A stretch of DNA of 62,449 nucleotides, filler included. It is 3 parts of 3 records of this genome, joined end to end, with 100 filler letters (N's around TTAATTAATTAA, not from the genome) between each part and the next. Parts side by side here need not be neighbours in the genome. Positions count along the whole stretch, not along the records: positions 45,597 to 62,449 come from DRR723986_4704; 2 more parts are not named here. One strand, given 5' to 3'. The translations under genes and the position numbers were made by a program. Shown in pieces: positions 47,783-57,985 of the stretch. The notes beneath the pieces were generated by a model. It was not told the DNA's origin. It saw nothing but the letters and a program-made list of their open reading frames with translations, and ran no database searches. Positions within the stretch are counted from its first letter, which is position 1. Every line of letters starts with the position of its first letter.

Positions 47783-49327
47783 ATGGCAGCAACAACCCGA
47801 CGGCGAGGCCGCAAGGAACGCCTGATCCAAGCGGATACCCCCGATGATAACCCCCCGGTGTGGCCCGGCGTTTTAGGCGCTCGGCTCAAGCCTTTATCCC
47901 CACAAGAGGTCGCACTGGTCGAAGAAACTGCGCTGTCGTTGCTGGAAACCTTGGGGCTGAGCCAGGCCATTCCCTCCATGATCGAAAAGGTGACTGCCGT
48001 CGGGGGCGCGCTGACCGATGACGGCAGGTTGTTATTCCCGCGCGATCTGGTGCAGGGCGCGATAGAGCGTGCGCAAAGGGGATTTACCCTGTGCGGCCAA
48101 ACCCCTGACCGGGATCTGCGGATCGACGGGGCTCGCGTACATATGTCCACGGGCGGGGCGGCTCCGGGTGTGTTTGACCTTGAAACCGGGGACTATCGGG
48201 ATTCAACGCTGGGCGATCTTTATGATGCGGCCCGCATTGTCGATCAGATGGACAACATCCACCATTTCAGCCGTTCTGTGGTCGCGCGTGATATTCCCGA
48301 CAACGCTGAGATGGATCTTAACACCGCCTATGCCTGCTTGATGGGCACGTCGAAACATGTGTCGATCTCGATCAGTGAACCCGAAAACGTACCCGCCATT
48401 GCTGCGCTATGTTATGCTATTGCCGGCGGCGAAGCAGCGTTTCGCGCCCGTCCGTTCCTGACAGTGATGGTTTGCCATGTGGTGCCACCGATGCGCTTCG
48501 CCGAAGAAGCCTGCGAGGTGTTAGAGGCCGCGATCGAGGCCGGATTTCCGGTTCAATTGATCAGCGCCGGACAGGCAGGGGCCACAAGTCCGGCCACCAT
48601 CGCCGGGTCTTTGGTGCAGGCTGTGGCGGAAACCTTGGCGGGTTTAGTGTTTGCACAGCTGGTCGATCCTGCAGTCAAAGCGATCTTTGCCCCCAAGCCA
48701 CTTGTCGCGGATTTGCGCACGGGGTCGATGTGTGGCGGCGGCGGTGAGCAGGCAATCTTGATGGCAGGGGCGGCGCAGATGGGGCGTCATTTCGATCTGC
48801 CAACCTCGTCCATCGCGGGGATTACCGATTCCAAATGCCTAGATGCGCAATACGGTGCGGAAAAATCGCTTGCGGTGGCCATGGCGGCCCATGCGGGATC
48901 GAACATTGTCACACAGGCTGCTGGCATGCAGGCCAGCCTGCTGGGGGTCAGCCACGCCGCCTATGTCAGTGACAACGATCTGCTCGGAAACATCCTGCGC
49001 ACCATCCGCGGTGTCGAAGCAACGCCAGAAAACATCGCAGCCGACGTGATCGCGCAGGTGTGCCGTGGCCAAGGTCACTATCTGGGTGAAAAACACACCT
49101 TTAATCGTATGAAATCAGACTATTACTACCCCGATATCGGTGATCGCCGCACCCCGCGTGAATGGCAGGAAGACGGGGCAAAACCGATTGGGGATGTCGC
49201 GCGCCATAAGGCACGTGATATCTTAGCCAGTCATTTCCCAACCCACATTCCGGATGACATCGACCGCGCCCTGCGTGCCGGGTTCGACATCCGTCTGACA
49301 CGCGAACAGATCGGCAGATCGGCATGA
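47783..49327 (+). CDS. trimethylamine methyltransferase (MttB/MtgB) family protein, non-pyrrolysine
   Basis: GATSPATIAGSLVQ..AE.LAG, DLRTG, DSK..DAQ.G.EK, GHYLG; no in-frame TAG. Confidence 0.9.
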   Translation: MAATTRRRGRKERLIQADTPDDNPPVWPGVLGARLKPLSPQEVALVEETALSLLETLGLSQAIPSMIEKVTAVGGALTDDGRLLFPRDLVQGAIERAQRGFTLCGQTPDRDLRIDGARVHMSTGGAAPGVFDLETGDYRDSTLGDLYDAARIVDQMDNIHHFSRSVVARDIPDNAEMDLNTAYACLMGTSKHVSISISEPENVPAIAALCYAIAGGEAAFRARPFLTVMVCHVVPPMRFAEEACEVLEAAIEAGFPVQLISAGQAGATSPATIAGSLVQAVAETLAGLVFAQLVDPAVKAIFAPKPLVADLRTGSMCGGGGEQAILMAGAAQMGRHFDLPTSSIAGITDSKCLDAQYGAEKSLAVAMAAHAGSNIVTQAAGMQASLLGVSHAAYVSDNDLLGNILRTIRGVEATPENIAADVIAQVCRGQGHYLGEKHTFNRMKSDYYYPDIGDRRTPREWQEDGAKPIGDVARHKARDILASHFPTHIPDDIDRALRAGFDIRLTREQIGRSA

Positions 49328-50613
49328 CCAACACAGATCTCTCTATACGCAGCCGGGCCGCGCTGCCCGGCGGCGTCAGTCACGAATTGCGATATCGCGC
49401 CCCACATCCCGTCTTTATCGACCACGCCAAGGGCGCGGAAAAATGGGATGTAGAAGGGCGCCGTTACATCGATTTCAAGATGGGATCGGCCAGCCAGATG
49501 CTGGGTCATTGCCACCCCGCCATCGTTGAAGCCATCCAAAAAAAGGCCGAAAGGTCGATCTTTTCCGCAGATTGTCATGCTGCCGAAGCGACGTGGGCGG
49601 AATGGGTCAATCACCTGTATCCTTCGGCAGAGCGCACCCGCTTTACCGCCTCGGGGACCGAAGCCACGATGTTGGCCCTGCGACTGGGGCGGGCATGGTC
49701 GGGTAGGGACCATGTATTGCGCATTGATGGCCATTTTCATGGCTGGCATGACCACGCCTTGAAAGGCGCAAAACCGGGCAGTGATCGGGCCTTGTCGCTT
49801 GGTATTCCGGATACGGTGAATGATCTGATCCATGTGTGCAACCCAGACCCCAAAGCGATGGAAACCGCATTGCAAGACACCCGCATCGGGACGGTTATTA
49901 TCGAGGCATCAGGGGCAAACTATGGCTGTGTGCCGCTTGCAACCGACACCCTGCGCGCCTTGCATGACGTTGCACGCGCCGCTGGGGTGGTGTTGATCTT
50001 TGATGAGATCATTACCGGGTTTCGCTGGTCCCCCGGTGGGCGTCAAGCACGGGATGGGATCGTTCCGGACCTGACCACGCTTGCGAAAACCGTGACCGGC
50101 GGTCTGCCCGGCGGGGCTGTCTGTGGTCGCGCTGAGATCATGGAGCTGATGAACAACGAAACCGAGCGGCAGGGACTTGCTCCCGCCGTCAGCCACAAGG
50201 GGACATTCAATGGCTCCCCATTGGTCGCCGCCGCCGCTTGCGCCGCGATGCCGCTGCTGGCAACGGGCGAGGCACAGGCGCAGGCCGATGCCATGGCAAC
50301 CCGCATGCGTGATGGCATGAACAAGACCCTGTATGACCTTGGCGTCGTCGGTCTGGCCTATGGGGAAAGCTCCATCTTTCATCTGTATTTCGGGCGGAGC
50401 AATCTGGACGGGTTGTCCGCCGCTCAGATCCGCAGCCTGCCCAAGCCACAGGTCAAAGCTTATCGCGATGGGATGTTGAAACATGGCGTTGACCTGATGG
50501 CCTACACCTCTGGCCTGACGTCTGCAGCGCATACCCCAGACCTGATTGACGAGGCGCTGGATGGGTTCCGCGCCACCCTGACCACCATGATCCACAAAGG
50601 AGTGCTGTCATGA
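49324..50613 (+). CDS. class III PLP aminotransferase (GSA-aminomutase-like subgroup)
   Basis: DVEGRRYID, SGTEAT, FHGWHD, FDEIITGFR, AKTVTGGLPGGA, GTFNG. Confidence 0.88.
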   Translation: MTNTDLSIRSRAALPGGVSHELRYRAPHPVFIDHAKGAEKWDVEGRRYIDFKMGSASQMLGHCHPAIVEAIQKKAERSIFSADCHAAEATWAEWVNHLYPSAERTRFTASGTEATMLALRLGRAWSGRDHVLRIDGHFHGWHDHALKGAKPGSDRALSLGIPDTVNDLIHVCNPDPKAMETALQDTRIGTVIIEASGANYGCVPLATDTLRALHDVARAAGVVLIFDEIITGFRWSPGGRQARDGIVPDLTTLAKTVTGGLPGGAVCGRAEIMELMNNETERQGLAPAVSHKGTFNGSPLVAAAACAAMPLLATGEAQAQADAMATRMRDGMNKTLYDLGVVGLAYGESSIFHLYFGRSNLDGLSAAQIRSLPKPQVKAYRDGMLKHGVDLMAYTSGLTSAAHTPDLIDEALDGFRATLTTMIHKGVLS

Positions 50614-53009
50614 CTTTGCCTACGCATGCGCGGACCGTCATCATCGGCGGCGGTGTCATCGGGTGTTCCATCGCCTATCATCTCGCCCGCGAAGGGCGCA
50701 CAGACATCGTTGTTCTGGAACGGTCGAAACTCACCAGCGGAACCACGTGGCATGCCGCCGGACTGGTACGACGATTGCGCCCCTCGGCCACTCTGACCAA
50801 GCTTATCAATTATTCCATTGATCTGTATGGCGAATTGGAACGCGAAACAGGGCAGGCGACCGGGTGGACCCAAACCGGGTCACTGACGCTTGCAACAAAC
50901 CCGGACCGACTGACGAACATCAAACGTCAGGTCTCATTAGGTCGTGCCTTTGGGCTCGAAGCCGAGGTGGTAGATGCCGCCCGCGCCAAAGACCTCTGGC
51001 CGCTGATCGAAGTGGACGATGTGATCGGTGCTGTCTGGTCGCCATCCGATGGTCGGGTCAATCCCTCTGACGTGGCGCTTGCGCTGTCCAAGGGGGCGAA
51101 ATCGCGGGGTGTTCAGATCTTTGAAGACACCGCCGTGACGGGGCTGCAAAAGACAGGCGGTCGGATATCTGGCGTTGAAATCGGGTCGCATGTGATCGAT
51201 GCCGACGAAGTGGTGATCGCTTGCGGGCTGTGGTCACGCGAAGTGGCCGAGATGGCAGGCGCGCACATGCCGCTCTATGCCTGTGAACATTTCTATATTC
51301 TGACCAAACCGCTGGCCGAGGTGCAGGCGCTGGGCAAAGGCGCGCATCTGCCAACGTTGAACGATCAGGATGCATTTCTATACGCCCGCGATGACGTCGA
51401 AGGCTTGCTGGTCGGCTCGTTTGAACCCCATGCCAAGGGGCTGCCAATGAGCCGGTTGCCCGCCGATTTTTCGTTCGACCTGCTCGACGAAGATTGGGAC
51501 CATTTTATGCCCATGATGGAAAACGCATTGCGCCGAATTCCTGCCTTGGAACAGGCCGAGGTCCGTATGTTGCTGAATGGGCCGGAAAGCTTCACGCTGG
51601 ATAGTCAGTTCATGCTTGGCGAAAGCCCCGAAGTGCCCGGCCTGTTTCTGATGGGCGGGATGAACTCGACGGGGATCGCCTTGGCCGGTGGGGCTGGCAA
51701 AGCGATGGCGGAATGGATCATCGCAGGTGAACCCACAATGGAGTTGAACGAGGCTGATATTCGCCGCTTCAGTCCGGAAATGAATGTGCTTGGCGCGCTC
51801 GAGGCGCGTATCCCCGAGGTTCTGGGCCGTCACTACGACAACCCCTATCCGGGCCGATCGATGGAGACGGCACGTGGGCAACGCCGGTCCCCGATCCATA
51901 CCGGGCTTGTCGCCGCTGGTGCGCGATTTGAGGCGCGCGGTGGATGGGAACGGGTCGTACACTTTGGCGGTGAAAACGTACATTTACCGCTTAGCTTCGG
52001 TATCCCAGCGTGGCGCGCCCAAGTCGAGCAAGAGGTCGAGGTGTGCAAAACCGGTGCCGCCATTCTGGACCAAAGTGCCTTTGGCAAGATCATGGTGCAG
52101 GGGCCTGATGCCTGTGCGTTTCTCAATCACCTGTGCGCGGCCCAGATGGATATCGCACCGGGCCGCATTGCCTATACGCAGATCTTGAACGCGCAAGGCG
52201 GCGTGGAAAGCGACCTGACCGTGCAGCGGCACGGGGCGGACTGCTATCTGCTTGTTGTAGGCGCTGCTGAGGTCGTTCGCGTGCTTAAGCGGATGCGGGA
52301 AACCAAAGGTGCTCATCATGTTGAATTCACGGATGTGACCAGCGGCTACGCCATCCTCGGCTTGGCTGGGGCGGACGCCAAACGTGTTTTGCAAGCGACC
52401 ACAAATGTGCCCCTGCCTGCGTTAAAGCGGTTCCAGTTTGCACCGTTTGAAATCGGTCTTGCGCGCTGTTGGGTTGGGAAACTGTCGTTTACCGGCGAAG
52501 AGGGGTACGAGTTGTACATCCCATCCGACATGGCCATGGCCGCACACGAGGCGCTTGTCGCTGCCGGTGCCTCGCACGCCGGGCTGTATGCCAGCGGCAG
52601 CCTGCGGATCGAAAGCGGATATCGCGCGTTTGGGCATGAACTGTCCCCCGGTACAACACCGCAAGAGGCGGGTCTGGGTGCGTTCTGTGCCTTTGGAACA
52701 GGATTTGTTGGCGAAGAGGCAGTCAAGGGTCGGGCCGTCAATCGCCGCATTGTGTCGATCCTGTTTGACGACCCGGATGCAATCCCGATCCACGATGAAC
52801 CGATCTATTTCGACGGGCAGGTCGTTGGACAGATTACCTCAGCGGCGTGGAGCTATCGCTTTGGCCGCTCGGTCGCGCTTGCGATGGTCACCGCGCCTTT
52901 GGATCAGTTGGACACAAACACCGTTGTGGATGGGTTTGAGGTGGAAATCGCCTGCACCCGCTTCAGTGCAAAAGCTTCACTCAAACCCGCAAAGGAGGCG
53001 TTCGCATGA
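50610..53009 (+). CDS. FAD-dependent oxidoreductase with GcvT domain (dimethylglycine/sarcosine dehydrogenase-like)
   Basis: IIGGGVIG, SGTTWHAAG, NGPESFT, GWER, FTGEEGYE, LRIESGY. Confidence 0.92.
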   Translation: MTLPTHARTVIIGGGVIGCSIAYHLAREGRTDIVVLERSKLTSGTTWHAAGLVRRLRPSATLTKLINYSIDLYGELERETGQATGWTQTGSLTLATNPDRLTNIKRQVSLGRAFGLEAEVVDAARAKDLWPLIEVDDVIGAVWSPSDGRVNPSDVALALSKGAKSRGVQIFEDTAVTGLQKTGGRISGVEIGSHVIDADEVVIACGLWSREVAEMAGAHMPLYACEHFYILTKPLAEVQALGKGAHLPTLNDQDAFLYARDDVEGLLVGSFEPHAKGLPMSRLPADFSFDLLDEDWDHFMPMMENALRRIPALEQAEVRMLLNGPESFTLDSQFMLGESPEVPGLFLMGGMNSTGIALAGGAGKAMAEWIIAGEPTMELNEADIRRFSPEMNVLGALEARIPEVLGRHYDNPYPGRSMETARGQRRSPIHTGLVAAGARFEARGGWERVVHFGGENVHLPLSFGIPAWRAQVEQEVEVCKTGAAILDQSAFGKIMVQGPDACAFLNHLCAAQMDIAPGRIAYTQILNAQGGVESDLTVQRHGADCYLLVVGAAEVVRVLKRMRETKGAHHVEFTDVTSGYAILGLAGADAKRVLQATTNVPLPALKRFQFAPFEIGLARCWVGKLSFTGEEGYELYIPSDMAMAAHEALVAAGASHAGLYASGSLRIESGYRAFGHELSPGTTPQEAGLGAFCAFGTGFVGEEAVKGRAVNRRIVSILFDDPDAIPIHDEPIYFDGQVVGQITSAAWSYRFGRSVALAMVTAPLDQLDTNTVVDGFEVEIACTRFSAKASLKPAKEAFA

Positions 53010-55417
53010 GCGAGGTCACCCGAACCACTCAGGTCGCGATCATTGGCGGGGGTATCATGGGTGTCGCCGCCCAATTCCAACTGGCCGAAAACGGCTGGAC
53101 CGATAGCATCCTGTTTGAAAAGGCCGAACTGACCAGCGGCTCGACATGGCACGCGGCGGGGCAGATTGCCCATGCGGTGGGCAGTCGGGTGATGGGCTGG
53201 ATCAACAAAACATCGATCGAGACCTACAAACGGGTTGAAAAAGAGACCGGGCAAAGCATTGGCTGGCACGAGGTCGGAGGCCTACGCATTGCCACGACAG
53301 ATGCCGAAGTCGACTGGATGAAATCGATCATGGGGGTGGGTAAACTCTTGGACCTGCCAATGGATCTGGTCGGCCCGGAAGAAGTGGCAAAAGCCAATCC
53401 GTTCTACAAGGTCGATGACGTAAAGGCGGCGATCCACACGCATGCAGACGGGCATATCGACCCCTCGGGTGTGACCATGGCGCTGGCGGCGGCGACGCGT
53501 GCACGGGGCGCTGTGATTGAGCGGAACAACCGCGTTATCGGGGCTTCTCGCAAGGGGGACATGTGGCTGCTGAAAACCGAAAAGGGCGATGTGCTGGCCG
53601 AGCATGTTGTCATCGCAGCCGGGTCTTATGCCAATCAGGTTGGCGAATGGTTTGGGCTCAAAATCCCCAGCGTGTCCTGCCTGCACCACTATCTGGTCAC
53701 CGACACAGTCCCCGAATTCGAAGGGCGCCCGGAATTGCCCGTGATGCGGGACAATGCCTTTGGTGGGTATATCCGGCAGGAACAGAAATCTGGGCTGATC
53801 GGTATTTATGAGGGCCATGTCTGCCCCACCGTTTGGGAAATGCCCAAAGGTGCACCTTGGGCGGCTGAGAACGAGTTGTTTCAGGCGGATTACGACTCGA
53901 TCGGTGACTTTCTCATGGTGGCGTTCGACAAAATGCCAATTCTGGCCGAGCTAGGGATTAAGCGCGTCGTGCGTGGTGCGATCACCCATACGCCGGATGG
54001 CGGGATGTTGGTTGGCCCATCTGGCGCGCCGAATGTCTGGCTGTCTTGCGGGTCGTCCATCGGGCTGGCCTGGGGCGGCGGCGCTGGCAAAGTGTTGGCG
54101 GATTGGATGGTGCACGGCGAGACCGACATCAACACACGTGGGTTCGATCCCCGGCGGTACGGCGACTTTGCGAGCGATACGTTCATCGTGGAGCGCACCA
54201 AAGATGAATTCATGCGCCGCCACGATACGCCCAGTCCGGGGCAGCAGTTCCACAGCTTGCGCCCGTTGAAACGTCACCCGCTGTATGATCGTCTCGCCGC
54301 CAAAGGTGCGGCGTTTGGCGAAATCTCAGGATGGGAACGCCCCCGGTACTTTGGCGCGATTGGTGAGGTCGAACAGATCGGATGGGGGCACCAGTCTTGG
54401 CATGAAAACGCTATGGCCGAGGCAAAAGCCACCCGCTCTGCTGCGGGGGTGATTGATCTCTGTGCTTTTGCGCAATTCGAAATCAGCGGCAAGGATGCAG
54501 GCGCTGTTTTGGATCGTCTTTCAGCCAATCGCATCCCATCCAAGGACGGGCGGATGAGCCTGAACCATTTGCTGACGGACCATGGCAAGTTCGAAACTGA
54601 AATCACCATCTGGCGCATGGCTGAGGATCGGTATTTCACCGGCTCCCCGATTGCGCGTGCCACCCCAGATTTTGAATGGATCAAATCGCATATTCGGGAT
54701 GGCGAAAGCGTTCAGATGATCAATCGCTCGGGCGATTGGGGCATGTTGGCCATGTCCGGTCCAGCGTCGCGTCGCATTCTGTCAGAGCTGACGGATGTTG
54801 ATCTGACGAACAAAGCATTCCCATGGCTATCGGGTCAAGAAATCACCGTGGCAGGGATTGATTGCTATGCGTTGCGGGTTTCGTTTGTGGGTGAGCTGGG
54901 CTGGGAACTGCACGCGCCGCTGGATCAGATTGGCGCGCTGTATGACGCGCTGTTTGTGGCGGGGGAACCGCATGGCTTAACCGATATCGGGTCTTATGCC
55001 TTCAATGGGATGCGTATGGAAAAAGCATATCGCGCCAGTGGCGAATTGACCACGGATGTTGGCCCGTTGGACGTTGGATTGGACCGCTTTGTCGCCAGCG
55101 AAGGGCGTGAGTTCACAGGGCGTGAGACGCTGCTCAACCGCAAGCCAGACTGGGAGCTATTCTACGCCGAGCTCCATGCCGATGACATCGATATCCACGG
55201 CGGCGAACCTGTTTTGTTGAATGGGGTACCGGTCGGTCTGACCACGTCAGGTGGGTATGGGTACACAATCGGAAAATCTTTGGGCTGGTTGTTTGTGCGC
55301 AAAGGCACGCCGCCCACTGGCTTGAGTGTTCAAATCCAGAACCGCGATATTCCCGTGACTGTTCACCCCGATGCCCTGTTTGACCCCGAAAACCACTGCC
55401 CCCGATCCGAGGACTGA
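53006..55417 (+). CDS. second FAD-dependent oxidoreductase with GcvT domain (dimethylglycine dehydrogenase-like)
   Basis: IIGGGIMG, SGSTWHAAG, DGHIDP, GWERP, SFVGELGWE, MRMEKAY. Confidence 0.92.
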   Translation: MSEVTRTTQVAIIGGGIMGVAAQFQLAENGWTDSILFEKAELTSGSTWHAAGQIAHAVGSRVMGWINKTSIETYKRVEKETGQSIGWHEVGGLRIATTDAEVDWMKSIMGVGKLLDLPMDLVGPEEVAKANPFYKVDDVKAAIHTHADGHIDPSGVTMALAAATRARGAVIERNNRVIGASRKGDMWLLKTEKGDVLAEHVVIAAGSYANQVGEWFGLKIPSVSCLHHYLVTDTVPEFEGRPELPVMRDNAFGGYIRQEQKSGLIGIYEGHVCPTVWEMPKGAPWAAENELFQADYDSIGDFLMVAFDKMPILAELGIKRVVRGAITHTPDGGMLVGPSGAPNVWLSCGSSIGLAWGGGAGKVLADWMVHGETDINTRGFDPRRYGDFASDTFIVERTKDEFMRRHDTPSPGQQFHSLRPLKRHPLYDRLAAKGAAFGEISGWERPRYFGAIGEVEQIGWGHQSWHENAMAEAKATRSAAGVIDLCAFAQFEISGKDAGAVLDRLSANRIPSKDGRMSLNHLLTDHGKFETEITIWRMAEDRYFTGSPIARATPDFEWIKSHIRDGESVQMINRSGDWGMLAMSGPASRRILSELTDVDLTNKAFPWLSGQEITVAGIDCYALRVSFVGELGWELHAPLDQIGALYDALFVAGEPHGLTDIGSYAFNGMRMEKAYRASGELTTDVGPLDVGLDRFVASEGREFTGRETLLNRKPDWELFYAELHADDIDIHGGEPVLLNGVPVGLTTSGGYGYTIGKSLGWLFVRKGTPPTGLSVQIQNRDIPVTVHPDALFDPENHCPRSED

Positions 55418-55422
55418 AAATC

Positions 55423-57093
55423 ATGACAACTATCAATGGCGGCGAAGCCGTATACCGCGTCCTAAAGGCCAACGGCATCGACACGGTGTTTGGCCTGTTG
55501 GGCGGGTCGATGCTGGAACTCTACGATGCGATGTATCAAGGGGGAGAGATCGCCTATGTCGGTGCGCGGGATGAACGCGCCGCCGGGCACATGGCGGATG
55601 CATGGGCCCGGATGACGGGCAAACCGGGTGTGGTTTTGGGGGCGCAAGCTGGACCCGGCGTGGTGAATATTGTGACCGCAGTGGCCGAGGCACAGCTGGC
55701 GTATTCGCCGCTTGTGGTGATCGCAGGTGCGATTACCCGGTCGGATCAGTGCAAGGATACGTTTCAGGAAATCGATCAGGTTGCGTTGTTCGCGCCGATT
55801 TCAAAGCGAACGGTCATGGTCACCGACCCATCGCGGTTGGTGCCCATGCTCGAAGATGCGATCCGGCTTGCCAATACAGGCCGACGCGGTCCTGTGGTGC
55901 TGCATATCCCGCGGGATCTGTTTGCCACGGATATCCCCGAGGTTACGCCACAGCCGGTGAACATCGCCCGCTCCGGTCCCGCCGCGCCATCTGATGTGGA
56001 GGCTATGGCCGATCTTTTGGCCCAAGCGGAACGCCCGGTGATCTTTGCCGGGGGTGGTTTTAAATGGGGCGCTGGGCGGCAGGCGCTGACGGCGTTAGCT
56101 GAAAGGCTTGAGGTTCCTGTCGTGGCCTCGACCGGACACGCGGATGTAATGTGTCACGGTCACCCTTGGTTTGCAGGGCAGGCAGGACCGCGTGGCAATC
56201 GAGTGGCCAGTCGTTTGACGAAAGAAGCCGACGTTATGGTCGTGCTGGGCGCGCGTCTGGGTTTCAATTCGACCTTTCATTCCAATGATTATGTTGGGGC
56301 AGACACGCGCATCGCCCATGTAGATATCGAAGGATCAGCGGTGGGCCGTTATTTCCCGGCCGAGATCGCAGCGCAGGGGGATGCCCGTCTGACCGCCGAG
56401 GCGCTGACCAAGGTTGCCACGCGCCCGTCATGTGATGATTGGCGCGCGGCGTTTCAGGCGGATGTGGCCAGCCTTACCGCTGAGCGAGAGGTCGAAGCGG
56501 CGATTGAAACGCTGCCGACACATCCGCGCCGGGCTTTGGCTGAAATTCGCGTGACATTGCCCAAAGACGCGATTGTAACGTTGGACACCGGCAACACATG
56601 TCTGCAGGCCGCTGATCGCTTGGCGCACTATGCGCCGATGTCGCTGATCACACCGTTGGATTTTGGTCTCGTGGGGTTTGGGCTGGCTGCGGCCATCGGT
56701 GCCAAAGCAGCGGCGCCCCAGCGGCCCGTTGTTGCAATCATGGGCGACGGCGCCGTTGGGTATACGATGATCGAAATCCAGACCGCCATTCAGAACAATT
56801 TGCCCATCGTGTTGATCGTTTTGGACAATCAGGCCTGGGGGGCTGAGAAAGCGTATCAGCAAGAATTCTATGGTGGCCGTCTGCTGGGGGCGGAAATTCA
56901 ATCCCCTCGCTATGACAAGTTCGCCGAACTGTGTGGCGGCAAAGGGATCTGGGTTGATGGACCGGGGGGCATGGGCCCGGCGCTTGAGGCCGCTTTTGCG
57001 TCGAATGAGACCACCGTCATTCAAACCCGGATTGATCCCGGCGCGCTGATGACATTGCGCAAGGATTTGTTCAAAGCACCACAGAAAGACTGA
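55423..57093 (+). CDS. ThDP-dependent enzyme, sulfoacetaldehyde acetyltransferase (Xsc)-like / ALS superfamily
   Basis: RDE..AGHMAD, AQAGPGVVN, FQEIDQ, IPRD, GDGA ... NQAWGAEK. Confidence 0.82.
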   Translation: MTTINGGEAVYRVLKANGIDTVFGLLGGSMLELYDAMYQGGEIAYVGARDERAAGHMADAWARMTGKPGVVLGAQAGPGVVNIVTAVAEAQLAYSPLVVIAGAITRSDQCKDTFQEIDQVALFAPISKRTVMVTDPSRLVPMLEDAIRLANTGRRGPVVLHIPRDLFATDIPEVTPQPVNIARSGPAAPSDVEAMADLLAQAERPVIFAGGGFKWGAGRQALTALAERLEVPVVASTGHADVMCHGHPWFAGQAGPRGNRVASRLTKEADVMVVLGARLGFNSTFHSNDYVGADTRIAHVDIEGSAVGRYFPAEIAAQGDARLTAEALTKVATRPSCDDWRAAFQADVASLTAEREVEAAIETLPTHPRRALAEIRVTLPKDAIVTLDTGNTCLQAADRLAHYAPMSLITPLDFGLVGFGLAAAIGAKAAAPQRPVVAIMGDGAVGYTMIEIQTAIQNNLPIVLIVLDNQAWGAEKAYQQEFYGGRLLGAEIQSPRYDKFAELCGGKGIWVDGPGGMGPALEAAFASNETTVIQTRIDPGALMTLRKDLFKAPQKD

Positions 57094-57098
57094 GAGAT

Positions 57099-57130
57099 CA
57101 GCGATCCGAGGCCAACGCCTCGGATCGCTG
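57099..57130. terminator. hairpin between convergent genes
   Basis: CAGCGATCCGAGGC-caac-GCCTCGGATCGCTG, perfect 14-bp stem 5 nt after the stop; no U-tract. Confidence 0.65.
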
Positions 57131-57175
57131 CAATGTGCGTTTTGGCCGTCCCAAACGGATGTTCGGCAGGGCGGT

Positions 57176-57883
57176 TTAAACCGAACGGGTGATGCCGCCG
57201 TCGACTCGAATGTTCTGCCCTGTGATATAGGCGCCGCCCTCTGACGCGAGGAATCCGACGGTGGCCGCGATCTCGTCATAGGATTTGCCGTATCGACCCA
57301 TCGGGATCTTAGCTTTGAAATCAGCGTTTTCTGGCAGGCTGTCGATAAAGCCCGGCAGAACGTTATTCATGCGGACGTTGTCAGCGGCGTATTTGTCCGA
57401 GAACAGTTTCGAGAAAGCAGCCAAGCCTGCGCGCATCACGCCAGAGGTGGGGAAAACCGGGTCGGGTTCAAAGGCTGCAAAGGTGGAAATGTTGATGATC
57501 GTTCCCGATTTTTGCGCAATCATGATTGGCGCAACCAGACGGGTTGGCCGGACCGCATTCAGGAAATAGACGTCCATGCCCACGTGCCAATCCTCATCGG
57601 TTAGCTCCAACACCGGCGCGCGCGGGCCGTGCCCGGCAGAGTTGACCAGCACATCGATACGCCCCCATTTTTCCATGGTGGCATCGACCAAGCGGGTCAG
57701 GTCGGCGTTTGATTGATTTGATCCTGTGATGCCAATGCCGCCCAACTCTGCTGCCAAAGCCTCGCCCTTGCCTGAGGAGGATAGGATGGCAACTTTGAAC
57801 CCATCTGCGGCCAACCTGCGTGCGCTGTCTGCCCCCATGCCACTGCCACCGGCCGTGATAATCGCTACTTTTGTGTCAGCCAT
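57176..57883 (-). CDS. SDR-family oxidoreductase (atypical active site)
   Basis: TAGGSGMG, NSAG, VLPGFID, ITGQNIRVDGG; SGVMR where YxxxK is expected. Confidence 0.88.
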   Translation of the reverse strand: MADTKVAIITAGGSGMGADSARRLAADGFKVAILSSSGKGEALAAELGGIGITGSNQSNADLTRLVDATMEKWGRIDVLVNSAGHGPRAPVLELTDEDWHVGMDVYFLNAVRPTRLVAPIMIAQKSGTIINISTFAAFEPDPVFPTSGVMRAGLAAFSKLFSDKYAADNVRMNNVLPGFIDSLPENADFKAKIPMGRYGKSYDEIAATVGFLASEGGAYITGQNIRVDGGITRSV

Positions 57884-57970
57884 GTCTATCTCCGTTGATG
57901 CTAAGCGTGCTTCGGTGCCTAACTTGCGCCCGTTTCGCGGCTTTGACCAATCAGTAATTCTGCGTTATTC

Positions 57971-57985
57971 CTGTAGAAAAACTAT
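57971..57985. promoter_or_regulatory. possible LysR-type site between divergent SDR and LysR genes
   Basis: CTGTAG-AAAAA-CTAT imperfect dyad. Confidence 0.35.

Noticed and set aside
47783-49327. Possible pyrrolysine recoding in the MttB-family gene
   Set aside because: The ORF is uninterrupted with no in-frame TAG, and no pyl genes are in the window
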